A program made the translations under genes and the position numbers. From contig NC_090363.1 of the NCBI RefSeq assembly GCF_035084215.1, positions 2,604,001 to 2,652,996 on the forward strand: a stretch of 48,996 bases of DNA. The letters are read 5' to 3'. The stretch comes from Heptranchias perlo. Lineage: Eukaryota. Positions 35,188 through 45,779 of the stretch are shown piece after piece. The notes under the pieces are model-generated. The model was given only the letters and a program-made list of their open reading frames with translations. It had not been told where the DNA came from and searched no databases. Positions within the stretch are counted from its first letter, which is position 1. Each line of letters starts with the position of its first letter.

Positions 35188-36879
35188 GTAAGTGGCTAAC
35201 TGAGGGTTTAATTTCCCTCTGTTCAGTTAGAGTTACAGACAGGACTGTACACAATACACGTCGGGTTTGGGAGTTGCTGCACAGTGTGGGTTGTTGGGTT
35301 CCGGGTATCTTTATGGGCCGTGTAGGTGCACAACATGGAGCTTAAATCTTGTAACGTGCCATAATGGAGACGGGATATCTCTGGGGCAGGATTAAAATTA
35401 AATACATATGTCTAATTCACAAATCAAAAACCTTGCACATCCTGTGGCCCTTTTTCTGTGCTAACTTCCCGTGTCCATATTTATAAACGGGGCCTTGCCT
35501 TTCCAAAACTTTTGTCGGGCTGTAATTACGGCCTTCTGCCAGCGGAGGTGCTGCAGTGACGTGACTGACAGGAGGGTGCGGTTACAGTGTGACAGGTTTA
35601 CATAGGGAGCTCCCATTGTAGGTGTGAATGAAAGAATTTGTAACGAGGATATAAAAATAAGGACAGAGTGTATGACTTCAAAGAGGGGATTGAATTATGT
35701 CTGTGCACCGTGATCCTGTTGGGTTTATATAGGATATTGTCATATATCCCTATTGCCCTGATGTGGAGTATTATTGGATATTGTACATCCTTCATTTCTA
35801 AAACAAATCTGGGGACGAGGAAACACTGAAACATCTGTTTAATACTCTTTATTAAATCAAGTCAATGAAATAATAAAACACAACCCCTTACGTGCAGTGC
35901 ATATGATTATAAGTACCAATTATAACTCACACGCCAAGGACTCCTCAGAAGGTCGCAAGTGTCTTGTCTCGACTGCTTACACTCGTCTTAGAAAGACTAA
36001 ATCAAACATACCCCAAGGAGCTCCAGTGTCTCTGTCTTTAAATGTTTAGTTACGTCCTCCTAACCTAACGCCATTATGTCAACACATTCTAACCCGGTCT
36101 GGTTAACCTCCCTTCAATGTGTCTGTGCAGTCAAATCTGTTTACTCACTAATGAGAAACAGTGGGCATCCGTTACGGCCTCTCTCTTGTCTCTTCCCAGT
36201 CCATTCCCTACCAGATTACCTCCCTACAATCTCCTCGACCGATTTACTGTATTTCTTCATCTCTTCTCATGGACAGGCAGTGAGGTATTGTCTCCACAGC
36301 TCCAGGCCTGTGTGGCCATTGCAGAATGATATTAGTATGTGGACATATATTTTAAAAGCTTACCATGGCTGTTCTACCTGGTATACCTATACTTACACCG
36401 TGAGGGGAGAGGCCAGGGTCTGTACTCCGCAGGGGAGGGTGAGAGTGGGATTCTACATCAGGGAGGAGGTGTTTCAGAATGCCACATTGTAACATGCAAA
36501 CGGTGAAACGTCAATCATTGTCTCAGGAAAACCTCTCTTGTTTTTGCACTTTTAAAGCAAATAATCTGATTTCTGTTGGTACTTATTGCCACATAAAAGG
36601 CCGGCAGAACTAAATATCCCGCTTGGAATGATCCCTAACTGCTCGAAAAATCTCCTCCGTTAACACCAAATTCAGCAAAGCAAAGCCAAACCTGCCCTTT
36701 TGTGGAAATGCAGCAGGGGTTTGGGGCAGTTCAGGAGTTGGGGTGTGAGAACAGACCAGGAGTGAATTCAGACTGCTCAGGAAAACCGGCAAACTCGGGC
36801 TTGGCAGGTCCTCCCTGTTCTGACTCTAATTGTGGACAGGCCAGACTCCTCTTTTTAAAAAAAAATGGCAGATTGGTGC

Positions 36880-37440
36880 ACAGGCCATTCGGCCCAACTG
36901 GTCTAGGCCGGTGTTTATATTCCATACGAGCTTCCTCCCACTCTAATTCCCTCTTCCCACCCTGCCCCCCCCCCTCCCATATCCCTCTATTCCCTTCTCC
37001 CTCATGTCTGCATCAAGCCTCCCCTTAAATACATCTCTGCTTCACCCACTCCATGTGGCAGTGAGTTCCACATTCTCACCGCTCTCTGTGTAAAGAAATT
37101 CCTCCTAAATTCTTTATTTGATCCATTAGTGGCTATCTTATATTTATATCCCCTTGTCCTGGACTCTCATAGGAACAGGAGGAGGCCATTCAGCCCTTCG
37201 ATCCTGTACCGCCATTCAGTTCGATGTGCACCTCAACTCCATTTACCCTCCTTTGCTCCATATCCCTCGATACCCTCACCCAGAAAAAAATCCCTCCACC
37301 TCCGTCTCCCCCACAAGTGGAAACTGTTTCTCCACATCCACCCTGTCGAAACCCTTCATAATTTTAAAGGCCTCTATCAGGTCACTCCCTCAGTCTTCTC
37401 TTTCCCAGAGAATAAAGCCCCAGCCTGTTCAGTCTTTCCT
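36880..37440 (-). mobile_element. Degenerate CR1 3' fragments
   Basis: CAGGCCATTCGGCCC tail and GAGTTCCACATTCTCACC segment. Confidence 0.65.
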
Positions 37441-37698
37441 GGTCGGAGCTACAAGATCGAGGGGGAGAAGGGGGAGCAACTGGGAGAGTGGCGATTTCCC
37501 AAAATGTTTCTGTAAAGGTTTAAAGTGCGTCATTGCTATTGTATAGTTAAACTTGTCTGCAGGTCCTCAGCCCTGAGGTGGTCTAATCGATATCTCATCA
37601 CGTTTACACTCAAAGGTTAAAAATGCATTCAGTAAAAGCCCCCATCGTCGCCAGGTGCGTAAAACTGATCACTAATGGTTGTCTCTTTTTCCTTTCAG

Positions 37699-37725
37699 AC
37701 CAGATTCGCTGTTTATCAAAAACAG
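37699..37725 (+). CDS. Butyrophilin stalk micro-exon 5 (27 nt, DQIRCLSKT)
   Basis: tctctttttcctttcAG, donor G|GTAGGG, phase 1-1. Confidence 0.72.
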
Positions 37726-38334
37726 GTAGGGCCCGGGATATCATTTATTCATTCTCGGGATGTGGGCGTCGCTGGCGAGGCCGGCATTTCTTGCCCGTTC
37801 CTTAGTTGCCCCTTGAGAAGGTGGTGGTGAGCCGCCTTCTTGAGCCGCTGCAGTCCGTGTGGGGAAGGTTCTCCCGCAGTGCTGTTAGGAAGGGAGTTCC
37901 AGGATTTTGACCCAGCGACGATGAAGGAACGGCGATATATTTCCAAGTCGGGATGGTGTGTGACTTGGAGGGGAACATGCAGGTGGTGTTGTTCTCATGT
38001 GCCTGCTGCTCTTGTCCTTCTAGGTGGTAGAGGTTGCGGGTTTGGGAGGTGCTGTCGAAGATAATGATCGGGGGGAATCTACCCGCTGTGCTCACAGTGT
38101 GACTAATACACAAGGCCAGAATCTTCTGCTGCCATTATGAGCGAGCAAATTCGCGATGTGTTTCTGTGCCTGTTCTTTAACTCTTTTAATACCTCGGCTA
38201 AAACAGAGGACAGATCGATGTTATGGTGTCGTTTAGTCTCTATCTTAGACGTTCTCTTTTAGACACTTCCTAATAACTGAATAAACGTATCATGAACCAG
38301 ACGTGTTAATCTGTCATTCTTATTATTCTTTCAG

Positions 38335-38361
38335 CAATTCGGAGAATTACCAGTGTTGCAG
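38335..38361 (+). CDS. Butyrophilin stalk micro-exon 6 (27 nt, AIRRITSVA; pre-B30.2 exon)
   Basis: ttattattctttcAG, donor G|GTAGGA, phase 1-1. Size and position match the 27-nt exon that precedes B30.2 in BTN genes. Confidence 0.78.
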
Positions 38362-38439
38362 GTAGGACTTGCTGCTCACCAGAGATTCCATATTGAATTG
38401 TGTGTGGGAGGGGCAATTGGCGTCATTCTGTTCGGATCT

Positions 38440-40617
38440 TACAGCACAGAAGGAGGCCATTCAGCCCATCGTGCCTGTGCCGGCTCTTTGAAAGAGCTAT
38501 CCAATTAGTCCCACTCCCCCTGCTCTTTCCCCCATAGTCCTGCAATTTTTTCCCTTCAAGTATTTATCCAATTCCCTTTTGAAAGTTATTATTGAATCTG
38601 CTTCCACCGCCCTTTCAGGCAGCGCATTCCAGATCAGAACAACTCGCTGCGTAAAATAAAAATTCTCATCTGCCCTCTGGTTCTTTTGCCAATCACCTTA
38701 AATCTGTGTCCTCTGGTTACCGACCCTCCTGCCACTGGAAACAGTTTCTCCTTATTTACTCTATCAAAACCCTTCATGATTTTGAACACCTCTATTAAAT
38801 CTCCTCTTAACCTTCTCTGCTCTAAGGAGAACAATCCCAGCTTCTCCAGTCTCTCCACATCACTGAAGTCCCTGGTTTACACTTTTCACCTGCCCGATTT
38901 AAGGTCCCTCCTCTCCCCAACACCAGGTGGTGATCCCTGGCCGGTTCCACCTCATGGTTTCCCCGATGGGGCCTCCCTTCCTCGGTTTATTTCCCTCCTC
39001 CGCTCCAGCGTGCCCTGGTGGCAGCTCGGCCAGGATGGGGAACTTGCCGCCTGGGAGAGCGGGAGACGCAAACGCCCCCACCCACCCCTCCGCCCCCGAT
39101 GCTGTGGCTACTCGGCTCTTCCAATGGAGTTGAATCGACCGTGGGAACTTGCTCTAATCCGGTATTGTGAACAGTTCTGGCCTCCATATTACAGAAAGGA
39201 TGTAGAGGCACTGGAGAAGATGCAAAAAAGATTTACAAGGATGATACCAGAACTAGGATATCCTTATCAGGAAAGGCTGAACAGGCTGGGGCTTTTTTCT
39301 CTAGAAAAGAGAAGGCTGAGGGGTGACCTGATAGAGGTCTTTAAAATTATGAAAGGGTTCGATAGGGTTGATGTAGAGAAGATGTTTCCATTTGTGGGCC
39401 ATAAATATAAGATAGTCACTAATAAATCCAATAGGGAATTCAGGAGAAACTTCTTTACCCAGAGAGTGGTGAGAATGTGGAACTCGCTCCCACAAGGAGT
39501 AGTTGAGGTGAATAGTGGAGATACATTTAAGGGGAAGCTGGATAAACACATGAGGGAGAAAGGAATAGAAGGATATGGTGATAGGGTGAGATGAGGTAGG
39601 GAGGGAGGAGGCTCATGTGGAGCATAAACACCAGCATAGACCAGTTGGGCCGAATGGCCTGTTCCTTCCTGTGCTGTAGTTTTGATGTAACTCGATGCCA
39701 CCCCAACACATTCACTTGGTACCCACTCCGCAATGGTGGTGCAGAGTTTCAGGCAGAGCCTTTAAAGTGAGGGAATGGAACTGGCCAGTGGCAGGGATGC
39801 TCCCTACCTGTAGAGTTACCCTCCCCTTTAAAGTACTTGCTCACACAATTACCCTCCCCTTTAATTGCTTATTATTTAGCCATAGTTACCCTCCCCTTTA
39901 AGTACCTGTGTTGGTAACTATCCACAGTGTCACCTTTGCTGGTGTCCATATTTTTCATAGAATTACATAGAGCGTACAGCACAGGCCATTCAGCCCAGAG
40001 GGTCCATGCTAGCCTTTTAGGCTCCACACCAGCCTCCTCCCAAATTAGCAGCTGCTAACTTACATCATCGAGTTACCACGAAAATACAGCACAGAAACAG
40101 GCCATTCGGCCCAACTGGTCCATGCTGGCGTTTATGCTCCACCCGAGCCCCCTCCCTTCATACGTCATCTCACCCTATCAGCATATCCTTCTATTCCTTT
40201 CTCCCTCATGTGTTTATCGAGCTTCCCCTTAAATGTATCTCTGCTATTCGCCTCAACTACTCCTTGTGGGAGTGAGTTCCACATTCTCACCACTCTCTGG
40301 GTGAAGAAGTTTCTCCTGAATTCCCGATTGGATTTATTAGTGACTATCTTATATCCGTGACCCCTAGCTCTGGTCTCCCCTTCAAATGGAAACATCTTCT
40401 CTACATCTACCCTACGAGCCCTTTTCATAATCTTAAAGACCTCGATCAGGTCATCCCTCAGTCTTCCCTTTTCTAGAGAAAAGAGCCCCAGCCTGTTCAG
40501 TCTTTCCTGATAGTACGAATCTCTCAGTTCTGGTATCATCCTAGTAAATCTTTTTTGCACCTTCTCCAGTGCCTCTATATCCTTTTTGTAATATGGAGAA
40601 CTGTTCACAGTGCTCCC
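38440..40617. mobile_element. CR1 3' fragments in the last BTN intron: 38440-38872 (-), 39160-39690 (+), 40085-40617 (-)
   Basis: CR1 ORF2 C-terminal peptides in ORFs 38634, 38686 and 40165. Confidence 0.85.
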
Positions 40618-40726
40618 TAGTGTTTTATGTTTGCCCACAGTTAGCTCACCTTTAATATCCTGTCTTGGCGAAACCCTTCCCAGTTCCGAGTTTAAAACCT
40701 GCCCCCTTTCTTTCTCACCCCTCCAG

Positions 40727-41253
40727 TTTCCGTGACCCTGGACCGTGACTCCGCACACTGTAACCTCAGGGTATCTCCTGATCTGACCAGCGTGAGCTAC
40801 AGTGCAGGAGCCAAGGTTCCCATCGACATCTCCAGGAGGTTCCAGTCCAGATTATCCGTCCTGGGGAGGGAAGGGCTCGTCACCGGGAGACACTACTGGG
40901 AGGTGAAAGTGGGAAGCAAGTCCGACTGGGACCTGGGAGTAGCCGAGGATTCGGTGGCAAGGGCGGGAACGCTGTCCCTCAATCCTCAGGACGGATACTG
41001 GACCATTGGGTGTCAGGAGGGCTTCTACTGGGCCAATGGCATCACCGGATTGCGAATCTCTACCAAGGCGAAGCTCCGGCGGATCGGAATATACGTCAAC
41101 TACGAGGCGGGAAGGGTTCTGTTCTGCGATGCCACCTCGTACTCCCACCTCCACAGCTTCACCGGCAAATTCAAGGGAACGATCTACCCCTTCTTCAATC
41201 TCATGCCAACCGATGAAGAATTGAGGATTTGTACGGTCGCGCCCCAAGCCTAG
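40727..41253 (+). CDS. Butyrophilin-like gene, B30.2 (PRY-SPRY) terminal exon
   Basis: ctttctcacccctccAG|TT, stop TAG at 41251-41253. Motifs VTLD, RF...SVLG, GRHYWEV, WDLGVA, GYWTI, IGIYVNYEAG, YPFF. Joined CDS is 1488 nt (495 aa) with no internal stop. Confidence 0.95.
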
Positions 41254-41404
41254 AAAATGGGTCGTCCAGGACACTGATTTATTTTCCCCACAACCCCGAA
41301 CAGCACGGTGACCAAATGGCGCCTTAAGTGTTGTCGTTTTGTTAAGTGTTTTTTTCCCAAAGAATTGGGAGCAAATTTCCCTCTTTTTTGCTTGACAGAT
41401 AATC

Positions 41405-41750
41405 GCCGGGGGGAGAGGGGGGATGGGAGAGAGGGAGAGGGAGGGGGGATGGGGGGGAGGGGGGATGAGAGAGGGATGGGGGGATGGGGGGGAGGGGGGA
41501 TGAGAGAGGCAGGGGGGAGGGGGATGAGAGAGGCAGGGGGTATGGGGGGGGGGAGAGGGAGGGGGTATGGGAGGGGGGAGAGGCAGTGGGGGAGAAGGGG
41601 TGGGATGGGGGGAGAGGCAAGGGGGGAGAAGGGGTGGGATGGGGGGAGAAGGGGTGGGATGGGAGGGGCGGGAGGGGAGATGGGATGGGATGGGAGGGGG
41701 GATTGGCAGGAGGGGGATGGGAGAGGGGGGAGGGAGAGGGGGAGGGGCGG
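41405..41750 (+). repeat. G-rich purine tract (G-quadruplex-forming potential) in the BTN 3' region
   Basis: Many GGG+ runs separated by short A/T spacers. Confidence 0.85.
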
Positions 41751-41754
41751 GATG

Positions 41755-42302
41755 TGTGGAAGTGCATGAAGGGATACTTGACCATATTAACTGACCAGCG
41801 AATTCACTTAAACTCACATAATAAAGTTTCTCACGAAAACACATAGAAGCACAATTGTGTAATTACTTTGAGTTTCTCATGCTGATAACTGTCCTCCCTT
41901 AGACAGAGAGGTAGCTGACTAACAGGAATAAATGACCATATAGCCTTGAGACTGGGTACAGACTTACTGATAATAAAGACAATTTCTTAGGGAAAAGCAC
42001 TTTCCCAGGCCTGCGTCCAAGATATCAAGATGGCTGTGGGAAGCCGAGGGTGGGTTCCCTATTTTGATTGACCAACTACCTGAACCAATAAAGAATGTAC
42101 GTGTACGCCCATATTCTATGACAGGTGGGCGTTGTTACTGAACTGTATAAACGTGAGCTGTTTCTTGAACTCGGTGAAGATGTATCCTCAACCATTGTCT
42201 TGAGCTGCTCTTCCACTTGTATACAAGTAAAAAATAAACTCTTGTATTACTTTGTTTGGGTGTTAATGCAGTGTATAGAATAAGTAATATTAAATTTCCA
42301 CA
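41755..42302 (+). mobile_element. Solo LTR (548 bp) with 4-bp target-site duplication
   Basis: Termini TGTGGAA...TTCCACA (inverted), flanked by GATG at 41751-41754 and 42303-42306. CCAAT 42085, TATAAA 42146 and AATAAA 42233 occur in LTR order. AT-rich block interrupting a G/A-rich tract. Confidence 0.8.
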
Positions 42303-42900
42303 GATGAGAGGGGAGTGGGAGGGAGGGACGGAGGGGCATCAGGGAAAATTCGAGGCACAGAGGATTGGTCGCTCTGTTAAGGGGCTGACAACCTCCCTCC
42401 CTGCTCTTGGTCCGACCGAGGATTTGGAGAAATTACACTTTCCCGGAGACGTCCATTTATTAAAAAAGTTTTTTGTGTCACGGGACAGATTTCTTCCTGT
42501 CCTGTTCACTGATACATTTCCATTCCTCTCAACAACCCCGGGTGTCTCACGGCCCCCGGGTGTCTCACTGATTCTGGGCAGTAGATCTACCACTACGGCC
42601 TGTTCCTGGAGACCACTTCAGATTTTGTAAAGAAACCAATTTTAATTCCTATTTTTGGAGCTCAGTTTTTAATTCAATATCATTCCATATTTTATAACTT
42701 TTGAATCAAACAATGTTAATGATATTTGTCTGGATTGGGAGCGACCAGTTGCATTTTGAATTATGTGGCATTTCAAATACTTGTACAAATTATTAAAGAT
42801 ATTAATTAGCAAACATAAACTCTCTTTTAAACTCATTCTCGGGGTGTGGGCATCACTGGCAAGGCCGGCATTTATTGCCCATCCCCTAATTGCCCTTGAG

Positions 42901-43135
42901 AATTGTAAACAATTTCACAACACCAAGTTATAGTCCAACAAATTTATTTTAAATTCCACAAGCTTTCGGAGGCTTCCTCCTTCCTCAGGTGAATTTTCCA
43001 CATTCACCTGAGGAAGGGGGAAGCCTCCGAAAGCTTGTGGAATTTAAAATAAATTTGTTGGACTATAACTTGGTGTTGTGAAATTGTTTACAATTGTCAA
43101 CCCCAGTCCATCACCGGCATCTCCACATCATGACT
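42901..43135. mobile_element. Penelope-like element terminal fragment forming a 94-bp-arm palindrome
   Basis: Arms 42901-42994 and 43002-43095, 7-nt loop, one mismatch. Followed by the tail CCCCAGTCCATCACCGGCATCTCCACATCATGA, also present at ~15150-15183. Confidence 0.75.
43002..43043 (+). ncRNA. Minimal hammerhead ribozyme motif (Penelope type); mirror copy on - strand at ~42953-42994
   Basis: ATTCAC-CTGAGGA-a-GGGGG aag CCTCC-GAAA-GCTT-GTG: CUGANGA and GAAA cores, stem II hairpin, palindromic AAGCTT stem III, CAC/GTG stem I. Confidence 0.65.
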
Positions 43136-43983
43136 ATTATTAGAGGGCGAGGGTGGGATAGCACGTCTAAAGAGCCAGCACCAGCACGAGGGGCCGAATG
43201 GCCTCCTTCTGCACTGTAGCTTCAAACCAGTAACGAATTTTTGCACTTTTACAGCCGGGGATTGAATGCAATAAACACACAAAGGTGTTAAATGCATCAA
43301 TTTCACACATGGGGAGGGATTGAAACCATTCCCCGGGGCTCCGGGTCAATCTCCGCACCTTCCGACGGATGTAGTTACTTAAAAAGTGAAACTAAAAAGA
43401 TGCGGTGAGTTTCGCTCCATGTTTCTCGGGTCCGGTTCTCCATTGAAGAGGGAATAAAGGGATTTGAAAAGGCCGAGAGGGAGGAGGAGGAGNNNNNNNN
43501 NNNNNNNNNNNNNNNNNNNNNNNNNNNNNNNNNNNNNNNNNNNNNNNNNNNNNNNNNNNNNNNNNNNNNNNNNNNNNNNNNNNNNNNNNNNNNNNNNNNN
43601 NNNNNNNNNNNNNNNNNNNNNNNNNNNNNNNNNNNNNNNNNNNNNNNNNNNNNNNNGGAGGGGGGAGAGGGAGGAGNNNNNNNNNNNNNNNNNNNNNNNN
43701 NNNNNNNNNNNNNNNNNNNNNNNNNNNNNNNNNNNNNNNNNNNNNNNNNNNNNNNNNNNNNNNNNNNNNNNNNNNNNNNNNNNNNNNNNNNNNNNNNNNN
43801 NNNNNNNNNNNNNNNNNNNNNNNNNNNNNNNNNNNNNNNNNNNATGTCCCGCCGGGTGAGTGTTGACCGAATGTAACAAAAAGAGTCGCTTCATCGGGGA
43901 ATCTCCGCACTTCCGGGTTCAGGTCTGATTCGGGTCCGGAGTCTGTCTGTTTCACCGGGGCGGCGGGCACTGTCCACCCGGAC

Positions 43984-44220
43984 ATGGGAATGGGAGAGGA
44001 GCAGGTCCGGACCTCCCCCCCCTCACCCCTGGGAATGGGAGAGGAGCAGGTCCGGACCCCCCCCCCCTCCCCTCCCTGGGAATGGGAGAGGAGCAGGTCC
44101 GGACCCCCCCACCCCCCCTCCCTGGGAATGGGAGAGGAGCAGGTCCGGACTCCCCTCCTCTCCCACCACCTCCCTGGGAATGGGAGAGGAGCAGGTCAGA
44201 GCCCCCCCGGAATGGAACAG
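43984..44220. repeat. Short tandem repeat (~5 copies, core TGGGAATGGGAGAGGAGCAGGTCCGGAC + C-run)
   Basis: Direct inspection. Confidence 0.85.
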
Positions 44221-44279
44221 GTGCAGATCAGAGCCCCTGGGGCTCAGGACCTCCCCTCCCCTCCCCTCCCGCCCCCCAC

Positions 44280-44900
44280 TCTTTTTCAAAGTAGTGCAGT
44301 GGGATCTTTTACATCCACCTGTGAGGGCAGACATGGTTTAAAATTGGTTTAACGTCTCATCCAAAAGCCGGCACCTCCGACAGTGCGGCGCTCCCTCAGT
44401 ACTGACCCTCCGACAGTGCGGCGCTCCCTCAGTACTGACCCTCCGACAGTGCGGCGCTCCCTCAGTACTGACCCTCCGACAGTGCGGCGCTCCCTCAGTA
44501 CCGACCCTCCGACAGTGCGGCGCTCCCTCAGTACTGACCCTCCGACAGTGCGGCGCTCCCTCAGTACTGACCCTCCGACAGTGCGGCGCTCCCTCAGTAC
44601 CGACCCTCCGACAGTGCGGCGCTCCCTCAGTACCGACCCTCCGACAGTGCAGCGCTCCCTCAGTACCGACCCTCCGACAGTGCGGCGCTCCCTCAGTACC
44701 GACCCTCCGACAGTGCAGCGCTCCCTCAGTACTGACCCTCCGACAGTGCGGCGCTCCCCCAGTGCAGCACCCGGAGTCTCAGCCTGGATTATGTGCTCAA
44801 GTCTCTGGAGTGGGACTCGAGCCCACGACCTCCTGACTCCGAGGCGAGCAGGCGAGAGAGAGAGAGAGAGAGCGTGCGAGCCACTGAGCCACAGCTGACA
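44280..44900 (-). mobile_element. SINE with internal 33-bp tandem array (~44376-44765)
   Basis: ~12 copies of the same unit as 3737-4620, inside a SINE body. Confidence 0.85.
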
Positions 44901-45359
44901 CTGTGGGCATGATTCCCCACTGGGAGCGGAGAGTGGGGTGAACTTAATCCCAGTTCCCAGCCGGAGAGCCCTGCCTGTTTTAACGCGGTGGGGAGTAACT
45001 CCCGGATGGCTGTTTAAATTTCACGATCCTGCACTGTGGTTTCTCAGACTGGCTTCCCACGGACCCCTAGATTTCTCTATCGTTTGTTTGACCGAGAATT
45101 TCAGCCTCATTTGCACTTCCAACTCTTTAGCAGATCAGGGGCAGGACTTATTTGGGGGACACCCCTCTCCCCAATTCCTAGCGGGGGGTCCCAGGGGCCT
45201 AGAGAGATACAGGCTCTGCCACCTCCCTGTACCCCACCCCATATTAGCTCCCAGCGCCCAGTGTTATAGGATTGTGGGGGGGAGGGGAGTGAATAACCAA
45301 CGGGGAGGGTACAGTGCAGTTGCCCCCAATTTGGTGGGACTCCAGCACCCTTGTCCCGG

Positions 45360-45775
45360 ATCTCCTGGCCGGCCTCCCATCTTCCACCCTCCATAAACTT
45401 GAGCTCATCCAAAACTCTGCTGCCCGTATCCTAACTCGCACCAAGTCCCGTTCTCCCATCACCCCCTGTGCTCGCTGACCTACATTGGCTCCCGGTCCGG
45501 GAACGCCTCGATTTTAAAATTCTCATCCTCATTTTCAAATCCTTCCATGGCCCTCGCCCACTCCCTATCTCTGTAACCTCCTCCAGCCCTACAACCCTCC
45601 GAGATCTCTGCGCTCCTCCAATTCTGGCCTCTTGCCCATCCCCGATTTTAATCGCTCCACCATTGGCGGCCGTGCCTTCAGCTGCCTGGGCCCTAAGCTC
45701 TGGAATTCCCTCCCTAAACCTCTCCGCCTCTCTCTCCTCCTTTTAAGATGCTCCTTAAAACCTCCCTCTTCGACC
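45360..45775 (+). mobile_element. L2-clade LINE fragment, interrupted by a CR1
   Basis: LADLHWLPVRERLDFKILILIFKSFHG peptide. The L2 tail resumes at ~46865-46990. Confidence 0.8.
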
Positions 45776-45779
45776 ATGA

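Noticed and set aside
35590-36495. AT-rich unique block that resembles an antisense LTR
   Set aside because: I could not find matching TG...CA termini with a target-site duplication, so it is left unclassified.
38686-39594. 302-aa ORF
   Set aside because: Chimera of antisense CR1, spacer and sense CR1 in the last BTN intron.
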